From positions 5,890,001 through 5,954,000 of the forward strand of contig NC_089429.1 in the NCBI RefSeq assembly GCF_026210795.1: DNA of 64,000 nt, in the 5' to 3' direction. Every line of letters begins with the position of its first letter. Positions within the stretch are counted from its first letter, which is position 1. Positions 14,040 through 26,717 of the stretch are shown here, piece by piece. The stretch comes from Rhizophagus irregularis (Eukaryota). The position numbers and the translations under genes are program-made. The notes beneath the pieces are model-generated. The model did not search any database. It was not told where the DNA came from and worked only from the letters and a program-made list of their open reading frames with translations.

Positions 14040-15070
14040 CTAATTTAATATATAAACTTGCCTTTTGGGTAATTCCAGATTTAGAATAACTTCCTTGTCC
14101 GGAAAAACTGCTTCTCTTAATAGGCAATTGGATCCCTCAGGATCTTTTGGCAAATCGTACTCAAATTTGACAAATATGAGTTTCGTATTATTAATATTTA
14201 CATCAACAGAGAGATTTTTCACATTAAAAATAAAAATATCTACAATTAAACAGCTTTACCAAAAAAAAAGTAAATAAAATATTAATAAAAACAATTAATA
14301 TTAATATAAATAAACTAATATTAATACCTATTAATTTCGACTTCAAAAATATTGTAAGCTGGTAATTGTGATATTAATTTCGACTTCAAAAATATTGTAA
14401 GCTGGTAATTGTGATTGTGATGGTTGTGGTGATTGTGGTGGTGGGAGTTGTACCGGTGATGATTGTGGTGATTGTGGTGGTGGGAGTTGTAACGGTGATG
14501 ATTGTGGTGATGGTTGTGATAGGGGCGGCTGTACCGGGGATTGTAGTGATTGGTTTTGTGTATTCTAATTTTTTATAAAAAATTTTAATAAGTAATAATT
14601 CCTTCATTAATTTATATTTCATTAATGTAATAATAGTGCTTACAGATCGTCCATCATCATCGTCGTCATCATCATCATCATCATCATCATAATCATCATC
14701 ATCTCCTCCTTTTGGACGTGCTTCTGCGAACATGATTGTTTTACTTAGAGGTCCGATAAATTTTTTGTTTCTCACATAATTGTAAAATCTAGTTTTATCA
14801 TCATCATTTTCGAAGTGCACAAATCCATGCCTAAATATAACAAATGTTCATTTAATTAAATTATTAATTAAAAATTGTATATATTAATTATTTTATTTCA
14901 TTACCCCCAATCAGGATCCTTTCTGATATGTACAAAATTGTAAGAAAATCTATTCTTTAACCATCCCTTAACGTCTTTCGATTTTATCCCTTTTAACTCT
15001 TTCGTGTTCTTACCACCGAAGAAAACTGATAATTTATGATCACGACAACATTCATGTCTTTTCTTACCTA
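14040..15070 (-). CDS. Spliced RRM-like protein with poly-Asp and Q/P/S tracts and a possible HSP20-like C-terminal domain
   Basis: LSVFFGG (RNP2-like) ...DPDWG|HGFVHFENDDD (RNP1-like) across a GT-AG intron. Last exon reads KFEYDLPKD..AVFPDKEVILNLELPK. Start codon not located; a 42 bp internal duplication may disrupt it. Confidence 0.55.
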
Positions 15071-15234
15071 TATTATTATTAAATAAAATTAAAAATAATA
15101 AATTAATACTTTATATTAAAAAAAAGAAAAATGATTCATTCTTGATATATACTTTTTCATATAATATATTTGATTTCAATAAAGGAATATTAAATATCAT
15201 ATTTTAACAAAGGAATGGGAATGTTAAAGATGAA

Positions 15235-15410
15235 AGGAAACATATTTTAGCCTTTCGGGACGAAAGGAATCTTATTTTAGCCTTTCGTGACAAAAGGAAT
15301 CTTATTTTAGCCTTTTCGTGACAAAAGGAATATCGATTATTTTAACCAAGGATTTAGCCTTTCATGACGAAAGGAATATTTTAATTCAGCCTTTGTGACA
15401 AAGGAATAGC
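15235..15410. repeat. ~30 bp tandem repeat (TATTTTAGCCTTTCGTGACAAAAGGAATCT) x ~5 upstream of the RRM-like gene; mirrored at ~38710-38885
   Basis: Directly visible degenerate units. Confidence 0.8.
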
Positions 15411-15706
15411 AAGCAAATTTACTTACCCATTTTTCTTTGTTTACTAAATCTTACGAAACCCACATTCTTATTGTAATTCGAATGCAAAATTCGATAGATT
15501 TTATTGGTCAGTTAATGTTAATCATCATGTGAAATCAAATATTTTTTTTTTAGTCATACTCAAGTTTCACAAACCCAATTATATTGCACTATACGTCATA
15601 ATTACACATCTTAATTACAAAAAAACTTTTCGTGTCACTTATCAGTCCAATCAAAAATAAATAAACCGGATTTTGAACAGGCGTAACACGAGATTATATT
15701 TAAACG

Positions 15707-18150
15707 TAGGGATGTTAACGGTTCGGTCCATCTGGTTTTCGGTCCAAAAACTGGTGGTTTGAGTACAAAACCGAACCGTTATAGGTTTAGAACCGGAGTT
15801 TGAACCGAAGTTTGGACTGAAGTTTAGACCGAAGTTTAGACCGGATATTTATAGTATTTTATACAAAATTGTGTAATGCAGATCATGAATTTAAATATAT
15901 CGTATATCGTCAAAAAATTTTTTATTATAAGAAAAAAAATTACCAACAAAATTTCACATAATGTAAAAAAAAAGGAAAAAAAAAAGACATATTGCAAGTA
16001 TTGATTCAATTTTCCATTCTTTCTTTTTCTGATATCCAATTTTTCATGCATATAATTGCCCTTGCCGTTTCAGGATCTAACCTATTTCTAGTTTTTGAAA
16101 TAGTTAATCCCGAAATTGAAAATGCCCTTTCTGATGAAACCGACGTTGCTTGGATTGTTAAATAATCCTTAGCTATTTGAGATAGTACTGGGTAATCCTT
16201 TTCATAAGTTTTCCACCAAATTAAAGAACCTGTATTACTATCTACTGGAGAATTTAAGTATCGATCTAATTCATCATGCGATACTTCTTGACGAATATTA
16301 TTTGGATTAAGTAAATTAAGAAAATAATCACGAGATGATCATGCTGGTGCTGATGGTATGGTTTGATTATTTAAGGGTAAATATGACAAATATAATTCTT
16401 GTAATTTACTAATAATTTCAGTTATATCATTATGACTAAATAATGTGGTTTTGTAGCGTGGATCTAATATTGAAGAAGTAATGGAAGATTGATTCAAATA
16501 TTTGTCCCAATAGGCTTTCAATTTATTACAAATTGCTGATGCTATTGCCTTTTGTGTATGGTGATTTCCTCTTTGATAATGATCCAATTTTTTAAACATT
16601 CCATTAAAAACCAATCTTATATCACCTTGTGTAGGATTTTTTGATGATGATAATAAATTGGTTGCTTCATACATAGGTTCTAATACCTTTGCTAATTCCT
16701 GTAAAAAAAAATAATAATTAATAAATATATAATTATAAAATAAAATAAATAATAATTTATAAAATAAAAAATACCTTAATATATCGCCATTCAGATATTG
16801 TTGGAAATAAATCTCCAAGTTCTTCAACATTTGTTGTTGCAAGTAATTCTGAAACACCCTGCATTAAGATTTGTCTATTAATCATAAAATATGTGGAATT
16901 CCAGCGAATGTCTATATCTAAAATTGGTTTAAGAAATTTAACTTTTTTAAGGGTACAAATTTCTGATAATTTATCCAAAAATAATGGTGAATTCTTGATT
17001 TTAACAACAAATTGACGAAGTTTTTTGATTTCATTTCCAACATGACTCATTCCTGCTTTTACTGCTAAATTTATAATATGTGCAGCACATCTGTAATGAG
17101 TAAAAGCCATATTATTAAACTCCTGATCTAATTCAGTTGCTAGTTGATTACCACATGCTATCATGTTGCTTCCATTGTCTGTAGTTAATGCAAGAATATT
17201 ATTACTGATACTAAACTCTTCAAGAATTTGTAAAAGCTTGCTAGTAATTAACCCAGCTGTATGAGAACCATTTACAGGAATTAAATCAAGTAAGAGATTT
17301 TTTAATTCCCAATTGTTGTTAATATAATGCATTGTTACTCCAAGATAACAATCTTTTGAGATTTCTGAAGTCCAAATATCAGTAGTAAGAGAGATTTTTG
17401 AGTTAATTTGTGAGACTTCATTAATTAACACATTTTTTCTCATTTTATAATTTTCTATGAATTTTTCCTTTAAGGTTTGTCTGCAAGGTAAAATATAGTG
17501 GGGATTCAATTTATTAATTAATAATTTGAATTCAGGATTTTCAACAATGGTAAAAGGTTGCAAATCAGTTGCAACAAAATCAACCAAAGAATCTGTGATA
17601 GGTTTAGATTTTGATGGAGAGTAAGGTTTAAAACGTAAAGTAGTTTGGCGGGTTTCAGGTTTTTTATAATGTGATGGATGTTTTTTAGTTAAATGACGTC
17701 GAAGTGTAGATGTTGGATTACCAGGTGAATAAAGTTTTGCACACAAAATACACTTATAGTTTGTAATTAACCAACTTTCCTCATCTTGAATTTTTTGAAA
17801 AAACTCCCAAACATCTGCTGACAATTTCTTATTTATAATTCTTTCATCATCAGATGCTAAGGAATCATCTGATAAATTATTATCGTCATTTTCAAAAACT
17901 CCCGACATAGTTGTAATAATGCAAGGTGATATAAAAAAATGTAAGAATGTAAAATCCGTTATTCTTTTATTGTAAAAAGTTACGCGTGCAGATACACGTA
18001 ACCGTTAATTGAACCGATCTAAAACCGGTTCACTAAACCGGTTTCTATCGGTTCAGTCTCGGTTTGGTTTGACGTTTGAACTGAACTGAAACCGGTCCTA
18101 TGATCAAACTGCGGTTCGAACCATCCAATCATAAACTGTTAACATCCCTA
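15707..18150 (-). mobile_element. Full-length hAT transposon, 2444 bp
   Basis: TIR TAGGGATGTTAAC(G/A)GTT. Perfect 8-bp TSD TTTAAACG at 15699-15706 and 18151-18158. AACCG-rich subterminal repeats. Confidence 0.96.
16006..17908 (-). pseudogene. hAT transposase (BED zinc finger, DDE, C-terminal dimerisation domain) with one premature stop
   Basis: Motifs VWEFF..CILC..LRRHL..H, TTDIWT, TDNGSN, CAAHIINL, RWNST, LDPRYK, WWK..YPVLS, SVSSERAFS. Intron at 16699-16774. In-frame TGA at 16339-16341. Confidence 0.92.
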
Positions 18151-19873
18151 TTTAAACGGTACGGTAACACTATTGGCTTTAGCCTTTAAGCAATGTGACG
18201 AAAATTATACCCTACCTCCCGCTGTCAACACCTTCTTCACCAAGAATATTATATTCTTCGAGAGATGTGTTAATATCTATGACGAACAACAACTGGCTAA
18301 TTCCTTACAACCATCCAGTATAAAGAGGCCTGTAAAATTTGTAAGTATTTTGGCCATTCTGTAAAAAGTTGCCCCAATTTAAAATCGCAGTTTTGATGGG
18401 GTAATTATTGTATACGCTGCTGGAAAGCTGGGCACAACAGTAGTGAATGTAAAAATGAACTGGAGGTCGTGCCGTTCAACGAAGAGTTTCGTTCTCCAGA
18501 AGAAATTGTAAATTTTTTGATTTATAAATAGTTTATTTTTTTTAAAAAAAAATTTTGAAATTTTTTTTTTTCTTACAAAATTTACCATGAGTTGCTGGTA
18601 GCAGTGGCAAATTTCGAAAGTTTATCTGGGCCGTGGTGGCAGGGTGAACTTTTTTTTTTATACTTTTATTGTATGAAATATTTTTCAATTTTTACAACCT
18701 AATAAAGAGTTAACGGACATTTTTTGAATATCATCTTGAATGCCAAATTGATATGGTGATAATGTTAAATTCATATTGCAGAAAATATAAAAAAAAATTG
18801 TTCAATATGGAAGTCAGTAATTTGATGGATCAGTGATGTCAGAATCAACATCGGAAGTACATATTGAAAGATCACGTCGTATTTTGATAAATTTATTGAT
18901 GTCGCGACGTTATAACCAGAAGTACTTGGAAAATCACAGTTAACTGTGTAGAGGCTTCCATTAAACGAGAAAAATTTTTCATGTGCTGCGTCATTGCTCC
19001 TCTTCCAAATTAATGATTTCTGCTTGTCTGGTTGATTGAGATTGTTGTCTCCTCTTCAAAATGTGGACACCTGGGCAATATTGTAAACGAGGTAGTTGTT
19101 CATCCTCATAAGGATATTGCAATCGAAATGGTCTGTAATTACGTCCAAATTCAGGATAATATTGTGATTGAGGTTTATAAATGGATTGTTGTTGCCGTTG
19201 ATATTGCTGATGATGTTGTTGTAGATGTTGTTGGTGAAGTTGATGTTGATGTTGCTGTTGCTGTTTTTAAAAATAACCTTCACGATTAACTCAATTTAAT
19301 ATTTTATTATTGTATTATAAAATCCAATATACTAATAAAAATGATTTGATTTATTTTAAAAAAACACTGCATGATATCTTCGTGATATCGGTTTGTAATT
19401 GTAAAAAAATTATCTAAATGATATCGTCGTGATGTTTCATAATTGTACCAAAAAAAATCTAAATGATATCGCCGTGTTCGATTCAGTTAAAGAATGTGAA
19501 TGAATGTTCGTTAATTTTGGTTGCAAATTTGAAGTTTTATTTTGGCAATAATGTTATACAATAGAAATAAAAATGATAAAAAATATACTATCTACCCGTC
19601 TTCTTTTAGATTGTGAAAGTAAAAATATATATATATATATATATATATAGATACAAAGAAAAAAATTATTGTTGTAGTAACAATGATAATTATAATCATT
19701 TGACCTGGTTTTTAAAATGATGGTTTTTTACATAGAATTTTTTTTTTAAAAAAAAAAGAAAAATTTGTTTTATAAATTTACATACGAACCTCTCATCAAA
19801 CTTCAACACACGACCAGATACTTTACTTTTCTACGCTAAAAATTTAAATTGAAAAAAATCTACATAATATATA

Positions 19874-21672
19874 TTATTTTTTTCGCTTTTTAGTAGATTT
19901 CTTTGATTTCGGCTTTGGTTCATCCTCAGAGCTGGAATTTGAATCATCATCATCATTATTTTCAATTTCATACTTTGATAAATCAATCAAAGAACCAATA
20001 TTATATCCAGATAAATTGTTAAAAATATTATTAACCGTATAAAGGTTTCCGGTGTGAGTAAAAAAACGGTCACGTGCATCACTGTTATAAATTTCTAAAC
20101 AGTGGAATCCAACATGAATTAAATTTTTAAGCGAATTTTCATTTTCTTGAGATATCGGCTTGTCCGAAAATTTCAACCAAAGGTTGAATATTTCTTCAAT
20201 ATGACGACCTTTTAAGTACGGCTTGAAATCAAGACTTTCGTCTTTTTCTTTACGTTTTTGATAAGTTTCGTATCTAAGCTTGATGTTATCCCATAATGTA
20301 TTTCTCCAGTACGACCAGGTTTTACGAAAACTTTTTGCTACATTATGTAATATGTCAGGATGATCGTTCATAAAAGTTGGTAACAATGACGCTAAGAAAT
20401 CTTCTATAATTTGATTATTGTTGCTTTTATCTAAGTTTCTTGTTCTTAGGAATAATGATTTTAATTCGTTAATCACTATTATTCTTAACCACTTTGGGAT
20501 AGAGTTTTGCAACGATATAATATTAGAAATTCTCTTCTGGTTATATGATATATTTGTATCACGATCTGTGAACTTTTCAGGAGAATTTGCATAAGGGCAA
20601 ATCGATGTTGGATATCTTCGATTCTTGAGATAGAATTTTGGCAGCTGTAAGCCTGAGCTTAAGAGTTCTTCTTCCATATCATCCCTAATTTTTAAAGAAA
20701 ACATTGTTATATGAAGATTACAAGATGATAAATATGAAAAAAATATATTTGTTACATTGGATTCATCCGAGGGAGAGTTGAAGATGTAACAGAAGGTATA
20801 GCAATACCAAGAGAAGAAGTACTAGTACTACTTTGAGTTATAAGAGGAATTTCTTCCAAGGTATCCCTAATTTTAAAAAACATTATGTTAATATGAAGAT
20901 TATAAGATTATAAATATGAAAAAATCATATTCGTTACATTGAATCCGTCCGTGTGAGAGTTGGGGTTGTCATAATAGGTGTAGACGATGAGGAAGTGCGG
21001 CTTCGTTCTTCACTAGAACGCTTGCCTCTGTGGATCATCTGCTCGATTTGATCATGTAAATGTTCGAGGAGCGTCATGGCAAAGCGTTCTGCAATAGATT
21101 GTCGGACATAAACAGGATTAACGGCTCTGGACATGATGTCCTCGATTTGTAGAAATAGTGTAGCGAGTAAATTATCTATATGATAGAAATAACGTTACAA
21201 GTTATTGTTCTGTTATTGAAGATTTCTTCAAATACCGAATATTATAATAATACAGACCAATTTCTTCATCAGAAAGTAATTGTGTTGAAGGATGCTGCAA
21301 GTGTTGTGAGGAATACGAGGGGTATGGAAGCTGTTGTTGTGACGAGGGGTATGGAGACTGTTGTTGTGACGAGGGGTATGGAAGCTGTTGTTGTGACGAG
21401 GGGTATGGGTACAAGGGGTATGGAGAATGTTGCCGTGACGAAAAACGTTGAGAGGGATATGGATACTGTTGCTGTGACGAACGTAAGGAAGGTAAAAGTT
21501 GAGATGATTGAGATAAATATTGTTGTGACCATTGAGGTTGAGATTGCGATTGCGAAGGCGATTGCGAAGGCGATTGCGAAGGCGGTTGCGAAGGTTCCCA
21601 ATGCTTAATAAGAGAGCTCCGTCTATGACTTTCTTTTTCTTGTACAGGCTTATTACGATCTTGAGAAGACAT
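19874..21672 (-). CDS. Spliced 'MSSQD..SLIKHW / ELKSLFLRTRN' family protein, unknown function
   Basis: ORFs 21202-21672, 20934-21134, a short exon at ~20757-20866 and 19874-20686, with GT-AG boundaries. Q/P/S-rich N-terminus, helical core, acidic then Lys-rich tail. Confidence 0.7.
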
Positions 21673-22883
21673 TTTTTGATAATGGTTTCTATGAGTTAAA
21701 AAATGTGGGTCAAAAAATTTTTTTTCAATTGAATTTTTTTTTATTTAAATAATTTTAATCTTACCACATCATGATCGAGTAAAAATACGGTTAATTTCGA
21801 AAATAAAAATTATTTTTTGCCATTGATCTATTACATCGTGTAATACAGATTTTTTTAAGGGAAAAAAAATCTGATTAATTATTTAATATAATGATGGATA
21901 TTGTGATTAAATCATGAACAAGTAATTTTTTCATATCGTGATTATATTACTTTTTTTCCTTAAAAAAATCATACGGTACAATAAAAACAATGGAAAAAAG
22001 AATTTTTTTTTCTTTTTCGAAATTAAATAGATTAGATTGAGTCAATAATTAGACTTTTCTTTTTTTCGAAATTAATCTCATCATATGATTACGGATATTG
22101 TAATTAAATCATGATCGAGTAGAATCTTTTTTCAATTTTTCTTTTTTTTTCTTTGTGATCGAATAAAATTCCATATCGTGTTTATACACCTATTAGCAAA
22201 AAAACTTTTTTTTGCAAAAAAAAATTGTATTAATATTGGTTTCCTAATAACACTACGGGTTCCTTGAACCCTCTCAAGCATCTAAAGTTAAACTCTCTCA
22301 TAAACACAGAGAGCGCAACTTACCTTAATATGACATGAATACTAAATATGCTTAGTAGTGAGAACGAAAAATTAAATTTTGGGGATCAACAAACTGAAAT
22401 GGATTTTAACACATGAATCCTTCAGATGAAATTACTATGTTAGTAGAAAATTCAGGAGGTGGAAATAAACAGTATAATTATAATTTTGCTTCGCCACAAT
22501 AACTTTTTATGATGGTAACAATCGTTATATAATTTTGATTATTTTCTACGTGACCAAAATAAGTATATTGTCTTTTTAACAAAATTTTTTAAGATCATCA
22601 AAATATTATTTTGATATTAGCAACTGAATGTTGGAACACATGATCGGAAATCTGATTCTTCAATAATTTAAGTATAATACTTATACGAAAATTTATAGCA
22701 TATTTTTTTTATTTTATATTATAGTGTATTATAAGTTTATTATATTATTATTATCATAAAAAAAAATTGTGACCCGTCTTGCATAATTGCGCTTCTTCAC
22801 TCCAATGTAAATAAAATGTGATAAAAGATAATTTTTTTATTATAGTACCTAATATCATAAAAACGCTAACATTTTATTTATTA

Positions 22884-23480
22884 GGGATGATATTGAAAAA
22901 AGCTTGTTGAAGCTGGATTATCGTTACCATTAAAATATCTGGAAATTTGATCATTTTTCAAAATTTGATTTGACGAATCGTTCAAGTACATCGTTCCTAA
23001 ATAATGGCTTCAATTCGCCGAAAATTATCTTTCTAATCCACTTCGGTAGTGATTTGTACGACTCAAAAAGCAAACGTGCCATTTGAGCTTGAGTAATGCT
23101 GCCTGAATTGTGTGGATCGATGAATTCTTTTTAAGGATACGCTGACGTGTTACAAATTTATAATAATTTGCATAACGTCCTTTGGAAGAAATTAGTAGAA
23201 AGGTACATTAAATATAAAAATAGTAAAGAGAAGATTAAGCCGAATGTAAATCTAAAGAATCGACAAATTAAGGAAAATACTAACGGAGGAGAATGAGAGC
23301 GCACTTAAAATCTCATCATCTTTGGGTTTTATTGTATTGAGAATTTATAAGATGCGCACGACAAATTTTTCTCATTTTACGGAAGCCTTTTCACAGTTAC
23401 TTGTGATTTTCCAAGCTCTTCGAGATATAATATTGCGGCTTCTATGGATTTATCAAATTTTTATGTAGTCTTTAAATAAT
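22884..23480 (+). pseudogene. Decayed paralogue of the last exon of 19874-21672
   Basis: TTAG|GGATGATATTGAA reads DDIEK~LVEAGLSLPLKYL, versus DDMEEELLSSGLQLPKFYL in the paralogue; later IVPK*WLQ versus SIPKWLR. Confidence 0.4.
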
Positions 23481-23739
23481 AATAATCATACACGTGATAA
23501 TACAGTGGCCATAAGTCACACGCTCCTGGGTATAATTTCATGGGATGGTTTTTTCCCGAAGGGAAAAAACCCTGAACTACTGTAGTTACTGAAACAGGAA
23601 TTATACACGAGATCTTTACGTTGTACTAAACTAATTTTGACGACAGTACAATTGGACAATTTCCAAAATTGTTGAATCCCAATAATAAATAACATCTTTT
23701 TTCGATAAAAAAAAAAGGTAATTTTCTTTTCATTTAATA

Positions 23740-24300
23740 ATGGGAAAACCATCATTACATTCTAGGAAAACGGCCTGGCGTAGACAAAAAAAACGACAAT
23801 ATAAAAAATTTAAACAAAAAGAAATTGAAATATCTGATCTCCAGATACAGCTCCAGGATTTCCAAAAAGCTGTTGAGACAGCTGGTGAACAAGTGATTTC
23901 CAAGCTAGACAAAACTGAGCGTGAAAACGCAAATCTATTGAAGTGGATCGATATTTTTTCAAATCAAATCTCAAGTCAGGAAGAAGAGATATATAAGCTT
24001 GAATTAAAGAGTTATTTAGCACAATCATCATCGTCTCTGTCATCTCCACCACAGCCACCATCATCATCATCATCATCACAATTGTCACCGACATCTTTTA
24101 AAAGCATGGATGAGTACTTTAAACATAATCAAGTTAGTAATTTTTTAGGTATTGTGCAATTTTTAATGATTTTTATTTTTATAATTAATGAATTGTTCTC
24201 ATTTTTTAGTAAAAGAAATCTAGTAGTTCATTATTTTTTTTTACTATTCTCATTTTTTTTAAATAAAAGAAATTTTTGTAATATTGAAATAAATACATAA
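23740..24300 (+). CDS. Small basic/coiled-coil protein; true 3' end probably spliced near 24132
   Basis: Basic NLS-like N-terminus, heptad-like EIEISDLQIQLQDFQ.., and a Ser/Pro tail. The last ~55 codons look intronic. Confidence 0.55.
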   Translation: MGKPSLHSRKTAWRRQKKRQYKKFKQKEIEISDLQIQLQDFQKAVETAGEQVISKLDKTERENANLLKWIDIFSNQISSQEEEIYKLELKSYLAQSSSSLSSPPQPPSSSSSSQLSPTSFKSMDEYFKHNQVSNFLGIVQFLMIFIFIINELFSFFSKRNLVVHYFFLLFSFFLNKRNFCNIEINT

Positions 24301-24989
24301 AATAATCAAATTCGTATTAATAATATATCGTGTAAAATATGTTTTATTTGCCAGTAAATAATAAAAAAAAATATTTGTAAAGGTTTAACTGGGAAATTTT
24401 CGCCTATCAGGAGGATATGGGGAAATTTTCGCCCGCTAGAACTTTACGATAATAATCGCCATAAGGTATACATAGTAATCGAACCAGAGACCCGCTGCGA
24501 TGCGGATTTCCTATCTCAAACTACTCTACCACATGCGATTATCTGTTTAAGGGATATTTATTGATTACTCTTTATTACTAAATTACTGGATTATTGATTG
24601 TGCTATTCCCTAATAAGGTTTGTACGATCACTGTAAGACCTGTTATGTATGTATATATACATGTTAATTGTTACTGCGTTAAGAGATTGTTAATTTTTTT
24701 TTTATCAAAAATTAAATGAGAAAACGATTACAGTTATGATAATTGATGATTATAAGGTCAAGGTTACGATAAAAAAATAATTTTTAGAGAATGACATAAA
24801 TAACAGATTAATAGTTATATTTTAGCGTCAAATTGTGTTAGTGAAGTTATTACGACATTAACTTATTAACTTGTGAAGTCACATTCTATAAACTTTTAAA
24901 ACAATATGATATATTGTAATCTTTATTATAATAAAGGAATAAAAAACATATCAATGTTATCACGGTCTTTTATGTGATATGTACTGTAT

Positions 24990-26582
24990 TTATGAAAAAA
25001 GATGGAGTTTTAAAGAGCTAGCAATGTTTCTTCCGCTACAGGAAGGAATTTCTAGATCTTCTGTAATAACATCTAACTCCTTAACCTTTTCTTTGATATT
25101 TGCGCTTTCAGTTTCAACCCAGACTATTTTGAAGCATTTTCTGGAGAATTCTATTAATTTATCTAGTGAAGTTTCCGATAATTTTGTAAAATCGATGGCT
25201 GAAACGTATCGGCTTAAGATTCTCTTTAAAACCACCTCACGTGATATGAAGTTGTTTACTTCCTCGTCGGTAGGATCTGAACTTTCCGTATATTCACTTT
25301 AATAGAAAAAAATTTTAAATCATTAAATCATTGTAGTAAAAACAACATAACGATATGAACGTATCGATCACCTTTCTACAATTTGTCAAAATTCTTTTAC
25401 TAATGTTGAAAGTACATTTTTCAATTGATATCGATAGTCGGAAAATGATTTACGATATCGTTCGTTAATTGACTTCGCCACGCTTTGATAAGCATCATGC
25501 CCAAAAATTTTTTGTGTTATTTTATCAAACGCATGATCGGGCAGATTTCTAGTTCGCAAAAAAAGACATTTCATTTCTTCGTCAATAACACGATAATTAT
25601 CCTAAATAGTAATAATATCAATAATACATAATACATCAGTAATTCTGCTGTGTAATAACGATTGTTCTTAATTGGTAAGAATGTAACAACCAAAATAAGA
25701 AATGGACTTTACGTTGTCAGATGATGACGAAGTCGAGGTGGTTAGTGGCAAATTTGTTGATGGCTGCTTCGTCGAGGCATCAAGCATTTTGTTTGCCAAA
25801 TGTAGCACACTTGGATGTAAGACCAACCAATTGCAAATTTGCAATTGATTGGTCATTGCGCCAAACTGAACCGGAATTTCTTCTTCACTCTCTAGAAGTA
25901 ATATTAAATGAGAATAAAATTATATTCATTAATTATGTTCAGATTTTATGTTTTACCGCTTTCATCATTTTCATTTTCTTCTTGTTCTTTATCTTGCTCT
26001 CTCCTATCCCTCTCTCTCCTATCCCTCTCTCTCTCTCTCTTCTCTCTTTCTTTTTCTTTTTCTTCTTTCTTTCTTTTTCTTCTTTCTTTTCTTTTTCTTC
26101 TCTCTTTATCTCTCCTCTCCATCTCTTTCTTCTCATTTTCTCTTCTTTCTTTTTCAATATTTCTTTCTTCTTGCTCTGAAAGCATATCTTCATTATAACG
26201 AAGTAAATTTATTTTTAAATAAATTCGCAGAAATATCATTTCAATTGAATAATAAAACAATTATTATAAGGTATTTACCCAAAATAATTCTTTCAATATC
26301 ATCATCTTGTCTATTATTACCTTCTCCAATATCTACATCTTGTCCATGTAAATTATCTTGTTCATGTTCACTTCCTTCCTCTCTCCTTTCATCTCTTTCC
26401 TTATTATAATCACGTGAAGAGTTGGCAACATATGTACGAATAGTTTTTGTAGTCTTTGCAGCTTTTGTTGCCTTGTCTTTTAGGTATCATTATAATAGTA
26501 TTAGGCGCAATTACTATATAAAATTTCAAATCAAAAATATAATTTTATTACCTTTTCCTGTTACTCCTCTGCGTTTAGTCAT
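24990..26582 (-). pseudogene. Multi-exon accessory gene of the 'EMKCLFLRTRN' family with a long E/R/K charged tract, divergent from the transposase
   Basis: ATG at 26582 (MTKRRGVTGK|). Exons match ORFs 25946-26260, 25668-25856, 25386-25574 and 24990-25235. In-frame TGA at 25386 (KEF*QIVE). Confidence 0.65.
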
Positions 26583-26717
26583 GATAAACAAACAAGATGG
26601 TACTTATTGGTATTGTGCTAGTAGCAACGTAAAGAAATAGGTGATTCCTGACGAAACGAATACAGCATTATCTTTATTTATTTATAGAGATTTCTCCTAA
26701 TATTAAGAAAAAATTAC

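Larger units (their letters stand above)
10247..17642. repeat. Left arm of a 7.4 kb inverted duplication
   Basis: Reverse complement of 36473-43862; identical ORFs appear on opposite strands. Confidence 0.97.

Noticed and set aside
24470..24530. tRNA B-box-like GGTTCGATT on the minus strand (also GGTTCGAATC near 2410-2420)
   Set aside because: No cloverleaf could be built.
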